Origin: a virus
Taxonomy: Duplodnaviria; Caudoviricetes
Virus record (IMG/VR): IMGVR_UViG_3300033068_001172
Coordinates: 4,935 to 68,934 of that record
Direction: 5' to 3' (one strand)
DNA length: 64,000 nt
How positions within the stretch are numbered: the stretch's first letter is position 1; each line of letters starts with the position of its first letter. Shown here piece after piece: positions 18,355 to 28,053 of the stretch. The position numbers were made by a program, and so were the translations under genes. The notes under the pieces are model-generated. The model searched no databases, was not told the DNA's origin, and saw only the letters and a program-made list of their open reading frames with translations.

Positions 18355-18959
18355 GAGTGCAAAAGCCGGGAGGTGACAATTTGTCCGCACCACGTAAAAG
18401 TGGTCGAGGTGGTGTAGCGCACCGGGATGGACTTGATCTTGAACTGCCAGCCGCCCTCGATGTATCCGGCACGCTGCGACCCGTGCATTGTCTTGCGGTC
18501 GAACGTCGCCGGGTGCTCAGCTTCAAACATCTTGAACTTCTTCACCGGCTTGTCTCCGATGGCGTCCATCACTCCACCCAAGGTGGTGATCAGCAGGGAT
18601 GGTGGAGTGCGCAGCATAGACTGCACCACGGCAGCACCAGACGCGGCTTTGATTGTGCAGTCGTGCAGCACGAACACGTAAAAGTAGTCACGGCCTACGG
18701 TGGCCAGTTCTTTGTCGGCCCGCCATTTATAGATCAGCGCCGAACGGCTGCGGCCAATGCTCTTGACCTCCACTGGCCTGCCATCCCACAGCGCATCAGC
18801 GCACATTTTCTTGCGGCCATCGACGTGCAGGCGCTCCATGCCCAGCGCCCGACAGGCAAACTCCTCCGCCACTTCACCGATGGCGTTGCGCACGGCGGCA
18901 GGTTTGAGCACGACACGGTCGTAGCTGCTCATCATGTCGAATAGGAAGGGCGTGCTCAA
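18351..18959 (-). CDS. Putative PD-(D/E)XK restriction-endonuclease-like protein
   Basis: EVAEEFAC...CADALWDGRPVEVKSIG (E...D...ExK spacing). Confidence 0.5.
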   Translation of the reverse strand: MSTPFLFDMMSSYDRVVLKPAAVRNAIGEVAEEFACRALGMERLHVDGRKKMCADALWDGRPVEVKSIGRSRSALIYKWRADKELATVGRDYFYVFVLHDCTIKAASGAAVVQSMLRTPPSLLITTLGGVMDAIGDKPVKKFKMFEAEHPATFDRKTMHGSQRAGYIEGGWQFKIKSIPVRYTTSTTFTWCGQIVTSRLLHS

Positions 18960-19390
18960 AATGGGTCAGGCTCCGGTGAATGGTTTCTAATCTTGGCGTC
19001 AACGTGTCGCTGCCGGCGCTCCGCGTTTTCCTTCTGCACGTTCTCGGTGCAGGTCAGCACCTGGATGTTGCCATCCACGTAGCCGAGGTGCGTCTCGATG
19101 CGGTCGATGTGCAGGCAGTGGCGCTCGCGCCCGCTTTCGTCCATGTAGCGGGTGGGCTCGATGACGGCCTTGAAGTGGGCCAGGGTCAGAGTGAACGCGA
19201 TCTTGCGCTTGCGTGCGCTGGCACGGAGATTGTCATAGGCCGCATGCACGGGGTTGTTGGCACGCCACAGTTCTTTGTGGTGGGTGCCGCAGAGCTGGGT
19301 GCTGTTCGGACGGTGCTTCAGATCACGCGGCGCTTTGCGGCAACGACGGACCGGGCAGCGACCGGGGATGGGTTTGTTGCGGAAGTTCAT
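18956..19390 (-). CDS. HNH-type endonuclease
   Basis: ARKRKIAFTLT...CLHIDRIETHLGYVDGNIQVLTCTENVQK. Confidence 0.75.
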   Translation of the reverse strand: MNFRNKPIPGRCPVRRCRKAPRDLKHRPNSTQLCGTHHKELWRANNPVHAAYDNLRASARKRKIAFTLTLAHFKAVIEPTRYMDESGRERHCLHIDRIETHLGYVDGNIQVLTCTENVQKENAERRQRHVDAKIRNHSPEPDPF

Positions 19391-20490
19391 CCCCAGAAGT
19401 CTTTCTCGTTGAACTCTTCAACACCACACCGGGCCTGTGCAATTTGGAAATACCCGGCGTCTTGTTCCATGCCGATGAACTCGAATCCTTCCAGTTTCGC
19501 CGCTTTGCCCGTGCTGCCGCTTCCCATCCATGGGTCGAGCACGGTGCCTCCGGGAGGTGTGACGAGGCGGCAAAGATACCGCATGAGCGCGACAGGCTTC
19601 AGAGTCGGATGGTTGTTCTTCGACGGGCTGAACGGGCGGTTATCGCGCTCTGGCACGGCTGCTCCATCGCCGGACCAATCTTTGTCGGGCAGATGTTCAA
19701 GCCCTTCATTCCTTTCCTTGGCGCTAACTTTGGCCGCGTAGAAGAACCGAGCAGCAGAACCTCCTGCATCCTCATGGCCTTGCGTGACGTGAGCTTTTTC
19801 ATGCCCCTTGGCCACAGACTTGAAAGCTCCGTTGTTTCGCGGCTTTGCGGAACTTGGGCCTGTTGTGGGAAACAGCGCCATCACTTCATCGCTGCCATCG
19901 TGAATCACATTGGCGGGCCAGCGTCCCGTCACCGGCCTTGCCTCGCCGCCTTTGCACAAACCTGAATTTTCTGCGTTCCACGTATCTCCTCCAGCAGCAG
20001 AACCGCCCCATCCAGTCACTTCATTGGAAGGCACTCTGCATAGGTCAATCTGCAACTCAGACTTCCCAGGTTTCCGCGCAAGCGTAATTGGCTCCAACGC
20101 TGGTTTAAGCACGGTCTTTACTTTCGGGAACCCGCTGCCGTAAATCCATGCCACCAAGTCGCGGATCTCGAACCCGGCGATGCGCAGGCCAAGCGCCATC
20201 AGGTCTTGTGTGCGTGTCCCGGCAAACGCGAGAACGTGTCCACCCGGCTTCAACACGCGGAGACATTCTTTCCATTGCGCAGGCTGCGGGACAAAGTTGT
20301 CCCACTCCTTGCCCATGAAGCCCTTTTTGCTTTTTACGTCATGGTGCCCGAAGTCCATCCAGTCCCGCAACATGGCGAGAGCGTCAGGCTCTTTGCCAAG
20401 GCCGTACGGCGGGTCGGTGACGATGGAGTCCACGCTGTTGTCGGGCAACGTGCGCAGCAGGTCGAGGTTGTTGCCGAGTAGAAGCCTCAT
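19387..20490 (-). CDS. DNA N6-adenine/N4-cytosine methyltransferase (beta arrangement)
   Basis: SIVTDPPYG near the N-terminus, NNHPTLKP, VLDPWMGSGSTG near the C-terminus. Ends EEFNEKDFWG. Confidence 0.9.
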   Translation of the reverse strand: MRLLLGNNLDLLRTLPDNSVDSIVTDPPYGLGKEPDALAMLRDWMDFGHHDVKSKKGFMGKEWDNFVPQPAQWKECLRVLKPGGHVLAFAGTRTQDLMALGLRIAGFEIRDLVAWIYGSGFPKVKTVLKPALEPITLARKPGKSELQIDLCRVPSNEVTGWGGSAAGGDTWNAENSGLCKGGEARPVTGRWPANVIHDGSDEVMALFPTTGPSSAKPRNNGAFKSVAKGHEKAHVTQGHEDAGGSAARFFYAAKVSAKERNEGLEHLPDKDWSGDGAAVPERDNRPFSPSKNNHPTLKPVALMRYLCRLVTPPGGTVLDPWMGSGSTGKAAKLEGFEFIGMEQDAGYFQIAQARCGVEEFNEKDFWG

Positions 20491-20828
20491 CTCCAGAAGC
20501 CCTCCCGTTCAATGTTCTTCTCGCCTGCACGGATCAGCCGGTCCACGAAAGCTTTGCCGCCCTCCACATTGTCACACCACTCGGCCACACAGCCCATGTC
20601 TCTCCGGTGTTGCATGCGCAGGTATTGAAGTTTGGTCGGCTCTTTCCCTCCGCGCTTCACTTCGAGAAAACCCACGGCCCCTCCGGGCGCGGTGACGAGG
20701 CGGTCGGAGACTCCGCGCTTGCCCGGACTGACAAACTTCTCGAAGTCGCATCCTTGCGCTTCGGCATACTCACGGATTTTCTTCTCGATTTCCTTTTCGA
20801 GGGGCGGGCGTTTAGACAGTTTCGACAT
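20487..20828 (-). CDS. VRR-NUC domain nuclease
   Basis: EKEIEKKI...KFVSPGKRGVSDRLV...FLEVKRGG..PTKLQ. Ends IEREGFWR. Confidence 0.85.
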   Translation of the reverse strand: MSKLSKRPPLEKEIEKKIREYAEAQGCDFEKFVSPGKRGVSDRLVTAPGGAVGFLEVKRGGKEPTKLQYLRMQHRRDMGCVAEWCDNVEGGKAFVDRLIRAGEKNIEREGFWR

Positions 20829-20880
20829 AGACGTAGTGGGGAGTCAAAAGGTTCGATGGGGATCTGACAGGCTCGACAGT

Positions 20881-21408
20881 TCATGACAAGTTAAGGCAGT
20901 GCCTCCGTGCAATGGCGATGAGGTGGTTGGCTTGGTAGATGGCGTCGTCGAGCGCATTATGTGCAGTTCCTACTGATGCCACTTGGACTTTGGGGAAGAG
21001 GTTCTTGATGGTGCGGTAGCAGCGGTTGCCGGTAAACTTCCACGGCACCCCAAGACCGGCCGCACGGTAGGCTTCTTCGAGCAGCACGTTGTCGAAATCA
21101 GATCCGTTGCCCCAGATGCGGATGATGTCGGTACCACAGAACTCGGTGAAAGATGACAGCACGTCGCGCAGCTTCTCGGTTCCCGAGAAGGCCGCTGTTT
21201 GGGCTTCGGAAGACTGGACGGCCCACCATGACCGCGTGTCCACGTCACTGGTGAGCCCAAGTGCGACGGAGTTCTCCTCACTGATGGCACGGTAAAATTT
21301 TTCCGTCACTCCAAGTTTGCTGAACTTCACGGCCCCGATGGTGAGTATAATGCTCCCCGGTTTTGTTCCGAGGGTTTCGAGGTCGATCATGATGTGCTGA
21401 ATATTCAT
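20881..21408 (-). CDS. DEDD-type 3'-5' exonuclease/exoribonuclease
   Basis: IMIDLETLG, WGNGSDFDNVLL, HNALDDA. Confidence 0.85.
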   Translation of the reverse strand: MNIQHIMIDLETLGTKPGSIILTIGAVKFSKLGVTEKFYRAISEENSVALGLTSDVDTRSWWAVQSSEAQTAAFSGTEKLRDVLSSFTEFCGTDIIRIWGNGSDFDNVLLEEAYRAAGLGVPWKFTGNRCYRTIKNLFPKVQVASVGTAHNALDDAIYQANHLIAIARRHCLNLS

Positions 21409-21410
21409 AG

Positions 21411-23849
21411 TTATTTCGTGTAGTAGGGTACAACGGCTCCGCTGGTGCTGACGGGTAAACCTTCACACCATGCAGGCACGTCTTCAAGGCAGTCTTGAAA
21501 ATCTCTCAAACTTTGATGCGGTCCATCGAATGCGGCCAACGCTTCATCGTGAATCAGCGAGTAAATGCGGTAGCCAGCAGCGGCTGCTTTCAAGGTGCCG
21601 TTGGCCATGATGTCAAAGGCAATCGCCTGGCATGCGTTTTCAGTGGCCTTCCCGCCGTATAGGCTGACGTGCCCCCACTTGGTGGACTTGGCACCGGTGG
21701 GGCCGGGGATCTGCCCATAGTAGGACAACGAGGACTTCACATACTGGCGTCCTGTCTTCTTGCTGGTGGCCTCCACCTCGGTGATCTTGGGATCACGATA
21801 GGCCAGCTTCCGCCCAGACGGCAGGCGCATGAACAGGTAGTTGGCACCGGCGGCGCGGGCGCTGAAGAAGGTGAGCTTGCCCACTTCCATCATCTGCCCC
21901 GGCAGTTTCACCGCTCGGATGGCCGCACGTTCGCAGGCATACCAGAAGTCAGCGATCATTGGGTTGGCTGCGCGCCACTTCTCCACGATGGGGGTCAACT
22001 CTTCTTCCGTGATGCCCATGTCAAGGGCACCAAACTTACGCAGGGCACCTTCTGCACCTTGGTAGCCGCAGTTGTGGACCAGCACACCGGACACAGTGAA
22101 ACGGTTGCGCGGTCCGCAGTTCATGATGTCATATACTTTGGTTGCCCCTTGCGCCAACGGGAAGCGTTTGCCCCACTTAGGGCGTCCGTCACCACGCAAC
22201 AGTCGCTCCCGGTGGGCTATGGCATCCCCGAACTCCCATTGCTCTCCCTTTGAGTTCCAAACCACATGGTCGGTAGTGGCAGTCAAACCTTGGTACGTGA
22301 CAACCGGCTTTTCTCCACGAGCGACGACGCCTTCATGGGAGTACCATCCTTCACCATCCCACACTTTCATGCCCAGCGTTACCTGCTCAATCGGCACCAG
22401 TCCGTGGTCCGTGGTGACAAGCTGCCCTTCGGCGATACACGCAAGTTCGGCCACCTTGCCCGTCTTGCGCATCGGGTGATGCTTGCCATGCTTGGTCTTG
22501 TAGTCCTCAAACTCCTGCATGGGTATGCCAAACATCTGGCTGGCTGACATCTCATAAATTTTCTTGTGCGTGCGGAACACTTCAAGCCGCCACTCCTCCC
22601 CCGCCAGCCACGCCAAAATCATCGCCTCGATGGCGGTGTAGTCGGCGGAGAGCATCGGCCCCTGCTTGTCCTGAATGAAGTGGCGGATGCAGTTGGCCAG
22701 AATGGAAAAGATGGGGCGGCCATACCACCATTCAAGTTCTTCCTTGCTCTCGCCGTTGCACAAGTCAGCATACATCTTGCCAGTTAGCGACTCGGCCCAC
22801 TCCTCGGGGGACTTGAAGTTCTGCGGCTGATGCAGCTTGCCACTCCAGCGCATCGTCGAAGCCCCGTGAAATTCCAGCGATCCACGGATGAAGTTGTCAT
22901 CGGGACCTACGCAATCCAGCATGGTGCGGATCTTCTTCACCGAGGCAAAGCCGATTTTCTGCATCAGCTCAATGGCGAGCCGGGCCTTCTCCTGACCGGG
23001 GACCACGGGCTTCTCGACCACCGCTTCCAAGGTCTCACCCTGTAAGTTGTCCAGCGTCAGGCCATTGGCGTTGATCCACGCCTTCACTTTGGCGTTCTGC
23101 GTGGGATTCAGGCCGGTCAGTTCACGAAACTGTGCAAAAGCAGGGCCGGTCTCCTCCTCAATCATGAGGTCAGCTTTGCGCAGGGCGTCGAGATTGAGGG
23201 GCATGCCGCGACAATTCATCTCGATGCTCGCAAGGAAAATGTCGAGCACCCAGCCACGCATCTCGAACGGTTTCAACGGCCCAAGCATTTCACTTTCCAC
23301 AAGTGTATCCTGCCGACAGTACTCCACGAACTGTTTGAAGGCCGTGGAGTCGTGACGGGGGTGAATGAACTCCTTGGTCTCCTCCTGTGGTATGCAGAAC
23401 TTCTTGATCAGACGGCTGCCTGCGGAGTCCTTCTGCTGGGGCATGCCAAGGGCTTCTGCGGCCTTTGCCAAGGACGCTGGGATGTTGGCACGGCGGGCAA
23501 GGACCATGGTGCAGCGCCAGCGTCTGCGGTTGGGCATCGGGAACCCGTAACGACGGCACAACACATGCTCGGTAATCGCTATCTCGAACAGCACATTGAA
23601 TGCGTTCAACGGTTCGTCAGACAGCATGGCCTCAGTGAGCAGTTCCTTTGCGCCAGGGTCACTGACCACATCGCCGAACACGTCGCAGCGCGTCTCGAAC
23701 TCGGGTGGAATCCACACCAGCACCGGGCCTTTGTCCTTGCGAATGGATACGCACAGCACCTCGGTGTCAGGGTCTCTGGCGTAGCGGAAAGTTCCTACCT
23801 CGGTCAGGTCGGCTTTGGCCCTTGATTCGTAGTCTATGGAAAATCCCAT
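21411..23849 (-). CDS. polA: Family A DNA polymerase with 3'-5' exonuclease, interrupted by an intein
   Basis: IDYES, YCRQD (exonuclease); motif A SADYTAIE; motif B RKTGKVAELA|CGYQG; motif C IHDE. Confidence 0.92.
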   Translation of the reverse strand: MGFSIDYESRAKADLTEVGTFRYARDPDTEVLCVSIRKDKGPVLVWIPPEFETRCDVFGDVVSDPGAKELLTEAMLSDEPLNAFNVLFEIAITEHVLCRRYGFPMPNRRRWRCTMVLARRANIPASLAKAAEALGMPQQKDSAGSRLIKKFCIPQEETKEFIHPRHDSTAFKQFVEYCRQDTLVESEMLGPLKPFEMRGWVLDIFLASIEMNCRGMPLNLDALRKADLMIEEETGPAFAQFRELTGLNPTQNAKVKAWINANGLTLDNLQGETLEAVVEKPVVPGQEKARLAIELMQKIGFASVKKIRTMLDCVGPDDNFIRGSLEFHGASTMRWSGKLHQPQNFKSPEEWAESLTGKMYADLCNGESKEELEWWYGRPIFSILANCIRHFIQDKQGPMLSADYTAIEAMILAWLAGEEWRLEVFRTHKKIYEMSASQMFGIPMQEFEDYKTKHGKHHPMRKTGKVAELACIAEGQLVTTDHGLVPIEQVTLGMKVWDGEGWYSHEGVVARGEKPVVTYQGLTATTDHVVWNSKGEQWEFGDAIAHRERLLRGDGRPKWGKRFPLAQGATKVYDIMNCGPRNRFTVSGVLVHNCGYQGAEGALRKFGALDMGITEEELTPIVEKWRAANPMIADFWYACERAAIRAVKLPGQMMEVGKLTFFSARAAGANYLFMRLPSGRKLAYRDPKITEVEATSKKTGRQYVKSSLSYYGQIPGPTGAKSTKWGHVSLYGGKATENACQAIAFDIMANGTLKAAAAGYRIYSLIHDEALAAFDGPHQSLRDFQDCLEDVPAWCEGLPVSTSGAVVPYYTK
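22071..22439 (-). mobile_element. Mini-intein (123 aa, no endonuclease) in polymerase motif B
   Basis: Starts CIAEGQLV, block B TATTDH, block F VYDI, ends VLVHN followed by Cys+1. Removing it restores ELACGYQG. Confidence 0.9.
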
Positions 23850-24148
23850 GGGTCAGAAAATGATCGGGTGTGTTTAACGAGATGGTTCTTGATTTTACAC
23901 TAGCACGACAACCTCGTATTGTCGTTGCACAGGACAGCGATACCTGCATCTCCCAAAAGTGGTTGGTGCGCCCGCATGTTTCATGACCTGGAGTAGAAAA
24001 CAGGCATCGCAGGATCTCCCTGCGCATCATGTGCGCGGGCTTTTGAGGATAAGCCATAACCCAAGCGTTGAAGCTGAATCGGCACCCTCCCCCGTTTCCG
24101 TCAAACAACCGGCGATGGTTTATTGTCGGGGAAGGGATGCCAAAGCGG

Positions 24149-24880
24149 TTACATCATGTCGTCGATGGACAGTTCCTTCTTCGCTGCCGCAGGTTTGGCC
24201 GGGGCTGGCGTGCTCTCGGAGTCTTCGTCCAGATCGACACCTGCGAAGTCGGAGTCAACGTCCACGGTGCCTTTACCGAAAGGCTCGCCGTGTTTGTCAA
24301 AAATGACGGCGCGGAGTTCAGCATTCACACGTTTGCCGAAGTCATTGTCCTGCGCCCACAGACGGACACTGGCCACCACGTAGCAGCCTGCGTAAGGGTA
24401 GTGAGACTCTTCAGGGCGGATGTCCTGGCGGCTTTTGTCCACCACACGCGGAGCACCGTCGCTCTCCTTGCGGGAAGAACTGACGTACATGACGTGGTCG
24501 CCATAACCATCCTTGTCGGCCTTCTCCTCGCCATCGTGGAGACACGTTCCGAGCAGCACGACGCGCTCGGCTTTCGGGTTGGGCTGATCGACGACCTTTT
24601 CGGACTGGCCTTTGACGGTGACGATCTTGCCTTTCCACTGCTCACCGGCGATACGACCGATGAGGGCGCGGACGGCCTTGATCTGGTCGGCGGCGGTGTC
24701 CTTGTCGAGAATGATGCTGGCACCGTACTTGTCGCCGGAACCTCCGCCATCACCGTCGCCGGGCTTTTTTTTCACGCGCTTTTTCTGTTCCTCAAGCTGC
24801 TTGAGATTGAGGGTGGGATAGCTCAGGCGTCCGCGAAGGACGATGATGTTGGGGTCTTGCTGGGGTGCTTGGGTGCTCAT
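24149..24880 (-). CDS. ssb: Single-stranded DNA-binding protein (DUF2815 / gp2.5-like)
   Basis: GRLSYP..., KYGASIIL, YAGCYVVASVRLWAQDNDFGKRVNAELRAV, acidic tail. Confidence 0.85.
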   Translation of the reverse strand: MSTQAPQQDPNIIVLRGRLSYPTLNLKQLEEQKKRVKKKPGDGDGGGSGDKYGASIILDKDTAADQIKAVRALIGRIAGEQWKGKIVTVKGQSEKVVDQPNPKAERVVLLGTCLHDGEEKADKDGYGDHVMYVSSSRKESDGAPRVVDKSRQDIRPEESHYPYAGCYVVASVRLWAQDNDFGKRVNAELRAVIFDKHGEPFGKGTVDVDSDFAGVDLDEDSESTPAPAKPAAAKKELSIDDMM

Positions 24881-24963
24881 GGTATCAGTTATTTACTGGT
24901 TCTCGGTTTTGCGTTTTGGCCTCGCTGTGAGGTAGGTTGAAAATCCACACTATCGGCGGAGAG

Positions 24964-26208
24964 TCAACCCCAAAAATCTGTTTCTTCCCCGCCGAGATCC
25001 ACGCCGGCGAAGTCGCTGGTCATGTCGTTCTCGTAGGGCGCGCGTGGGTCGTTCTCGGGCACGGCGATGGGCTGGCCCGGCGGCTTCACGATGAGGCGTT
25101 GAAGCTCGATCATCTTCGGCCCCTTCATCTTGTCGGTGAGCTTCTCCGCCTGTGCAGGGGTGATCACGTCAGACGGCGGGAACACGTCGTCGAAAGGCAG
25201 TTTAAGACTGAGCAGCAGGTCGCCCGCTTTGATGGGATCGGTCCAGCGGCGGTGGCCGCCACGACTGAGCACCAGCTTGACGCCTGGCAGCTTCCTGCCG
25301 GAGAGCATGCGTCCGTTGACGAACTTCTCGATCTCTTTGACCCGGTCGGCCAGACGGTCGCGGGCGTTGAACATGCGCACAATCTCCTCGTCGCTGATGG
25401 TGGCCACAGGGCGCGGCTCTTTGTGCTCCAGCACAGTCTCGACCTCATCCTTGAAGTCTTCCAGCATGGCGTCGTTGTGCGCCACACAGATCGCAGCACC
25501 ACGGCACCACTTGCAAATCTTCGGGCCGCACTTGAACACACCGGGATCGCCGCGCAGGATGGACTGAGCTTTCGGGGTGATCCGCTCATCAGTGAACGTC
25601 TTCAACTCCCCCCACGTGGTGGTCCAGGTGACGTGATCCACCTCCAGCCGGGGTTGGAAGATGGTCATGGTGACGGGGAAGCTGTCGGCTGGTGCGGCCA
25701 TCCAGAACCCGTCGAACATGTCCTCAATCAGGCTGCGGGCGTAGATCGCCATTTGCAGGTTCTCCTCGGAGTCCACCGGGTCGTAGCCGTACTTGTAATC
25801 GACGAGGTGGACGCCGGTCTTGGTGATGGCGTGAAAGTCCACGGTGCCGCACTCGCTGGGCAGGTAATACAGCGGAGCGCGATACTCGGCACCCCAGCGG
25901 ATCACGTCACGTTTTGGCCCCATGATCTCATGGCAGAACTCCGCGTAGGCTTTGCCGTGGCGCAGCTTCTCCTTGGCCTCCTTGGTCTTCTCCAAGATCC
26001 ACCGTGGCAGTTTGCGGTCGAGCAGCAGATACTCGGCGACCGTGTGGGCCTTGGTGCCCTCCATGGCTGCTGGTCCAGGCTTGTCCGGCGGGAGGCGGTG
26101 CTCGTTGGCCTTGACGAAGGTGAGCGCCGCCGTGCATTCGGTCCATGTGTGGGCCTTGGACGGGGAGAGGCGGGAGTGCTCGGGAGCGGGAGTGGGTGTG
26201 GGGGTCAT
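24964..26208 (-). CDS. DUF2800-family Cas4-like PD-(D/E)XK exonuclease
   Basis: HSRLSPSKAHTWTEC, EGTKAH, GTVDF...VDYKYG, NLQMAIYA, CKWCRGAAIC. Ends GGEETDFWG. Start moved to the ATG at 26208. Confidence 0.85.
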   Translation of the reverse strand: MTPTPTPAPEHSRLSPSKAHTWTECTAALTFVKANEHRLPPDKPGPAAMEGTKAHTVAEYLLLDRKLPRWILEKTKEAKEKLRHGKAYAEFCHEIMGPKRDVIRWGAEYRAPLYYLPSECGTVDFHAITKTGVHLVDYKYGYDPVDSEENLQMAIYARSLIEDMFDGFWMAAPADSFPVTMTIFQPRLEVDHVTWTTTWGELKTFTDERITPKAQSILRGDPGVFKCGPKICKWCRGAAICVAHNDAMLEDFKDEVETVLEHKEPRPVATISDEEIVRMFNARDRLADRVKEIEKFVNGRMLSGRKLPGVKLVLSRGGHRRWTDPIKAGDLLLSLKLPFDDVFPPSDVITPAQAEKLTDKMKGPKMIELQRLIVKPPGQPIAVPENDPRAPYENDMTSDFAGVDLGGEETDFWG

Positions 26209-26432
26209 TTGTTCAATTCGGCGATGAGTGCGTCTGCCAGCTTGACGGAAAGCTCGGCCACTTCTTTGAAATGGTCCGGGTTCGCCAAGCGGACGTTGGG
26301 ATCGGCCATTATCCCTTGCATGGCGGTGGCGGCGAGGTACTCCCGCTTGGTCAGACCATTGTAGGGCCATACAAAATCTCCACTGGGAGCAGTGAAGGGA
26401 GGCACGGGGAAAGCGGGATCGTCTTTACTCAT
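26205..26432 (-). CDS. Small conserved-type phage protein
   Basis: MSKDDPAFPVPP...GLTKREYLAATAMQG...ADALIAEL. Confidence 0.7.
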   Translation of the reverse strand: MSKDDPAFPVPPFTAPSGDFVWPYNGLTKREYLAATAMQGIMADPNVRLANPDHFKEVAELSVKLADALIAELNK

Positions 26433-26445
26433 AATCTTGTACCCC

Positions 26446-26476
26446 AAAAGCCGTCACCCCTCGCGGAGTGACGGCT
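26446..26476 (-). terminator. Intrinsic terminator-like hairpin
   Basis: AGCCGTCAC-loop-GTGACGGCT followed by T residues on the minus strand. Confidence 0.55.
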
Positions 26477-26494
26477 GATCTTCGAGGAAGGTTT

Positions 26495-26911
26495 TTACAT
26501 CTCCACTTCGGCCTCGGGATCAGTGTCGGTGGCACCGATCTTGACGGCGGCGGCATGGATGTCACCACGGTGCTCGGCGGCGATCTCGGCCATGGTGTTG
26601 TAGCCGAACTTCTTCACGAAGTAGGCTTTCAGCTTGGCCTTGCCTTCGTTGGGCAAGGTCATCACCGTGGCCTTCAGACGGGCTTCGCTGATCTCGGGAG
26701 CAGCCGGTTCGTCGGCAGCTTCCTCGACCGGGCTGACTGGAGGAGCGGCAGCCTTGGCGGCTTTGGCAGCTTTCGCGGGTTTCTCGGCAGCAGGTGCCGG
26801 AGAGTCAGCGGCAGGAGCAGCGCAGCCACCCTTGGAGGCGGTGTTGCGGTCGATGGCGTCGATCAGGGGTTTGATGAGGGTTTCAAAGATGGACTGGAGC
26901 ATGTCTTTCAT
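26495..26911 (-). CDS. Ala/Pro/Lys-rich hypothetical protein typical of DUF2800-SSB-polymerase modules
   Basis: ATG at 26911 (MKDMLQSIF) in an A/C-rich context. The frame stays open upstream to a GTG at 27166. Confidence 0.65.
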   Translation of the reverse strand: MKDMLQSIFETLIKPLIDAIDRNTASKGGCAAPAADSPAPAAEKPAKAAKAAKAAAPPVSPVEEAADEPAAPEISEARLKATVMTLPNEGKAKLKAYFVKKFGYNTMAEIAAEHRGDIHAAAVKIGATDTDPEAEVEM

Positions 26912-27162
26912 AGGTGTTGGTGTTTGGGTGTGTTGTTTTTCTACCATCACCGGACTGCCGGTGACGGATTGAAAGTCGAAAGGGAGGGCGCGGATGATGC
27001 AGTTCTCGGCGTGGTTGTAAAGGCGGAAGAACTCGGGCTGTGCGTGGCAAAGAACAAGCAGGCGGCGCTGAGATTTAAGACCTTTGGCGTAGGCGCGGCT
27101 GTCGTCGGAGCGGTCGAAGTACCAGTCATGCTGCTGGAGCAGGGCGATGAAGTCGGCGGGAG

Positions 27163-27402
27163 TCACGACACCTGAAGATTGACACGTTGGACAGCAGCAC
27201 ACCAGCTTGGTGCCACCACAGCAAAGCGACGACCGGCAGCCAGTGCGTCAGGTTCAACCACGAACACCCGATTCGCTGGAGCAGCTTCTCCCGGCGACGG
27301 CGCTGCCCGTGGTGCGTTCGGCGGGTTGAAGGCGTAGCGGGGCCAGGAACCTCCGCGTTTGCGGATGTAGGCTTTGACGGGATCGAGGACGGGGTTGTGC
27401 AT
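27163..27402 (-). CDS. Hypothetical protein
   Basis: MHNPVLDPVK..., 79 aa. Confidence 0.45.
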   Translation of the reverse strand: MHNPVLDPVKAYIRKRGGSWPRYAFNPPNAPRAAPSPGEAAPANRVFVVEPDALAAGRRFAVVAPSWCAAVQRVNLQVS

Positions 27403-27407
27403 GGTGG

Positions 27408-27629
27408 TTAGCGGAGGAACCAAGCGAAGGATTCTTTGATGATGGAGAGCGTAACCTCTTGGCAGATAAACCACTTCAGCCATGCCAGCGGGGCAAAGAA
27501 GAAATCCACAATGGCCCAAAAGATGGAACCGTGGATGTGCATTCCGATGTTGGCGGTTGCCAGACAAATGAGTGCCCAAACGAAAGAGCGGGGGCCACAA
27601 CCGATGCTAACAGTATTGCGTGTTTTCAT
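27408..27629 (-). CDS. Small membrane protein
   Basis: 73 aa with two hydrophobic stretches. Confidence 0.6.
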   Translation of the reverse strand: MKTRNTVSIGCGPRSFVWALICLATANIGMHIHGSIFWAIVDFFFAPLAWLKWFICQEVTLSIIKESFAWFLR

Positions 27630-27630
27630 A

Positions 27631-28047
27631 TTACTTGGTAAGCTGGTCCTTAAGCGCCTTCACCGCTGCATTGTAGATGTCGGGCAGGTCCTGCTGAACG
27701 ACTTTGCTGTGCGCGATCTCGGGGATGATGACCATCATGGCGATGGTGTTGCTGGACGGCGCTAGCACCGAAACCGCCAGCGAAAAGAGAAATCCGCAAA
27801 GAGTCTTTTTCAGAAAGCGCATCGACGAATCTCGCTGCACCTCCGACTCCTGCATCTCCACCAACCACCCGTCGTTGTTGGATTTTTTGTTTTTTGCTGC
27901 ATACTTGGCGGCATCTGAACTGCTCCCCATATGCACGATAAAGAGAACTAGGGAAACGACTCCGAGAAGAACCGAAATTGTGGCAAATGGTGGGACCAAT
28001 CTGTCCGCCAACTGCCAAAGATATATCGTGAGAGGTGAGATGTTCAT
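27631..28047 (-). CDS. Membrane protein
   Basis: 138 aa with two hydrophobic segments. Confidence 0.65.
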   Translation of the reverse strand: MNISPLTIYLWQLADRLVPPFATISVLLGVVSLVLFIVHMGSSSDAAKYAAKNKKSNNDGWLVEMQESEVQRDSSMRFLKKTLCGFLFSLAVSVLAPSSNTIAMMVIIPEIAHSKVVQQDLPDIYNAAVKALKDQLTK

Positions 28048-28053
28048 AGAGGA

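Noticed and set aside
9537-18970. Other acidic/aromatic C-termini (SPDFFS at 9537, PEPDPF at 18956)
   Set aside because: They lack the Trp and are too weak to include in the FWG family.
16248-23849. 2-aminoadenine (Z-base) genome system
   Set aside because: A family A polymerase and a dNTP hydrolase are present, but no PurZ/PurA-like gene was seen in the window, and these genes are common in unmodified phages.
26442-26455. DNA reading GAC GGC TTT TGG GGT (DGFWG) on the minus strand
   Set aside because: It is intergenic, part of a terminator T-tract and not in a credible reading frame. Not counted as a tag copy, but kept as a caution that TTTTGGGG can arise at DNA level.
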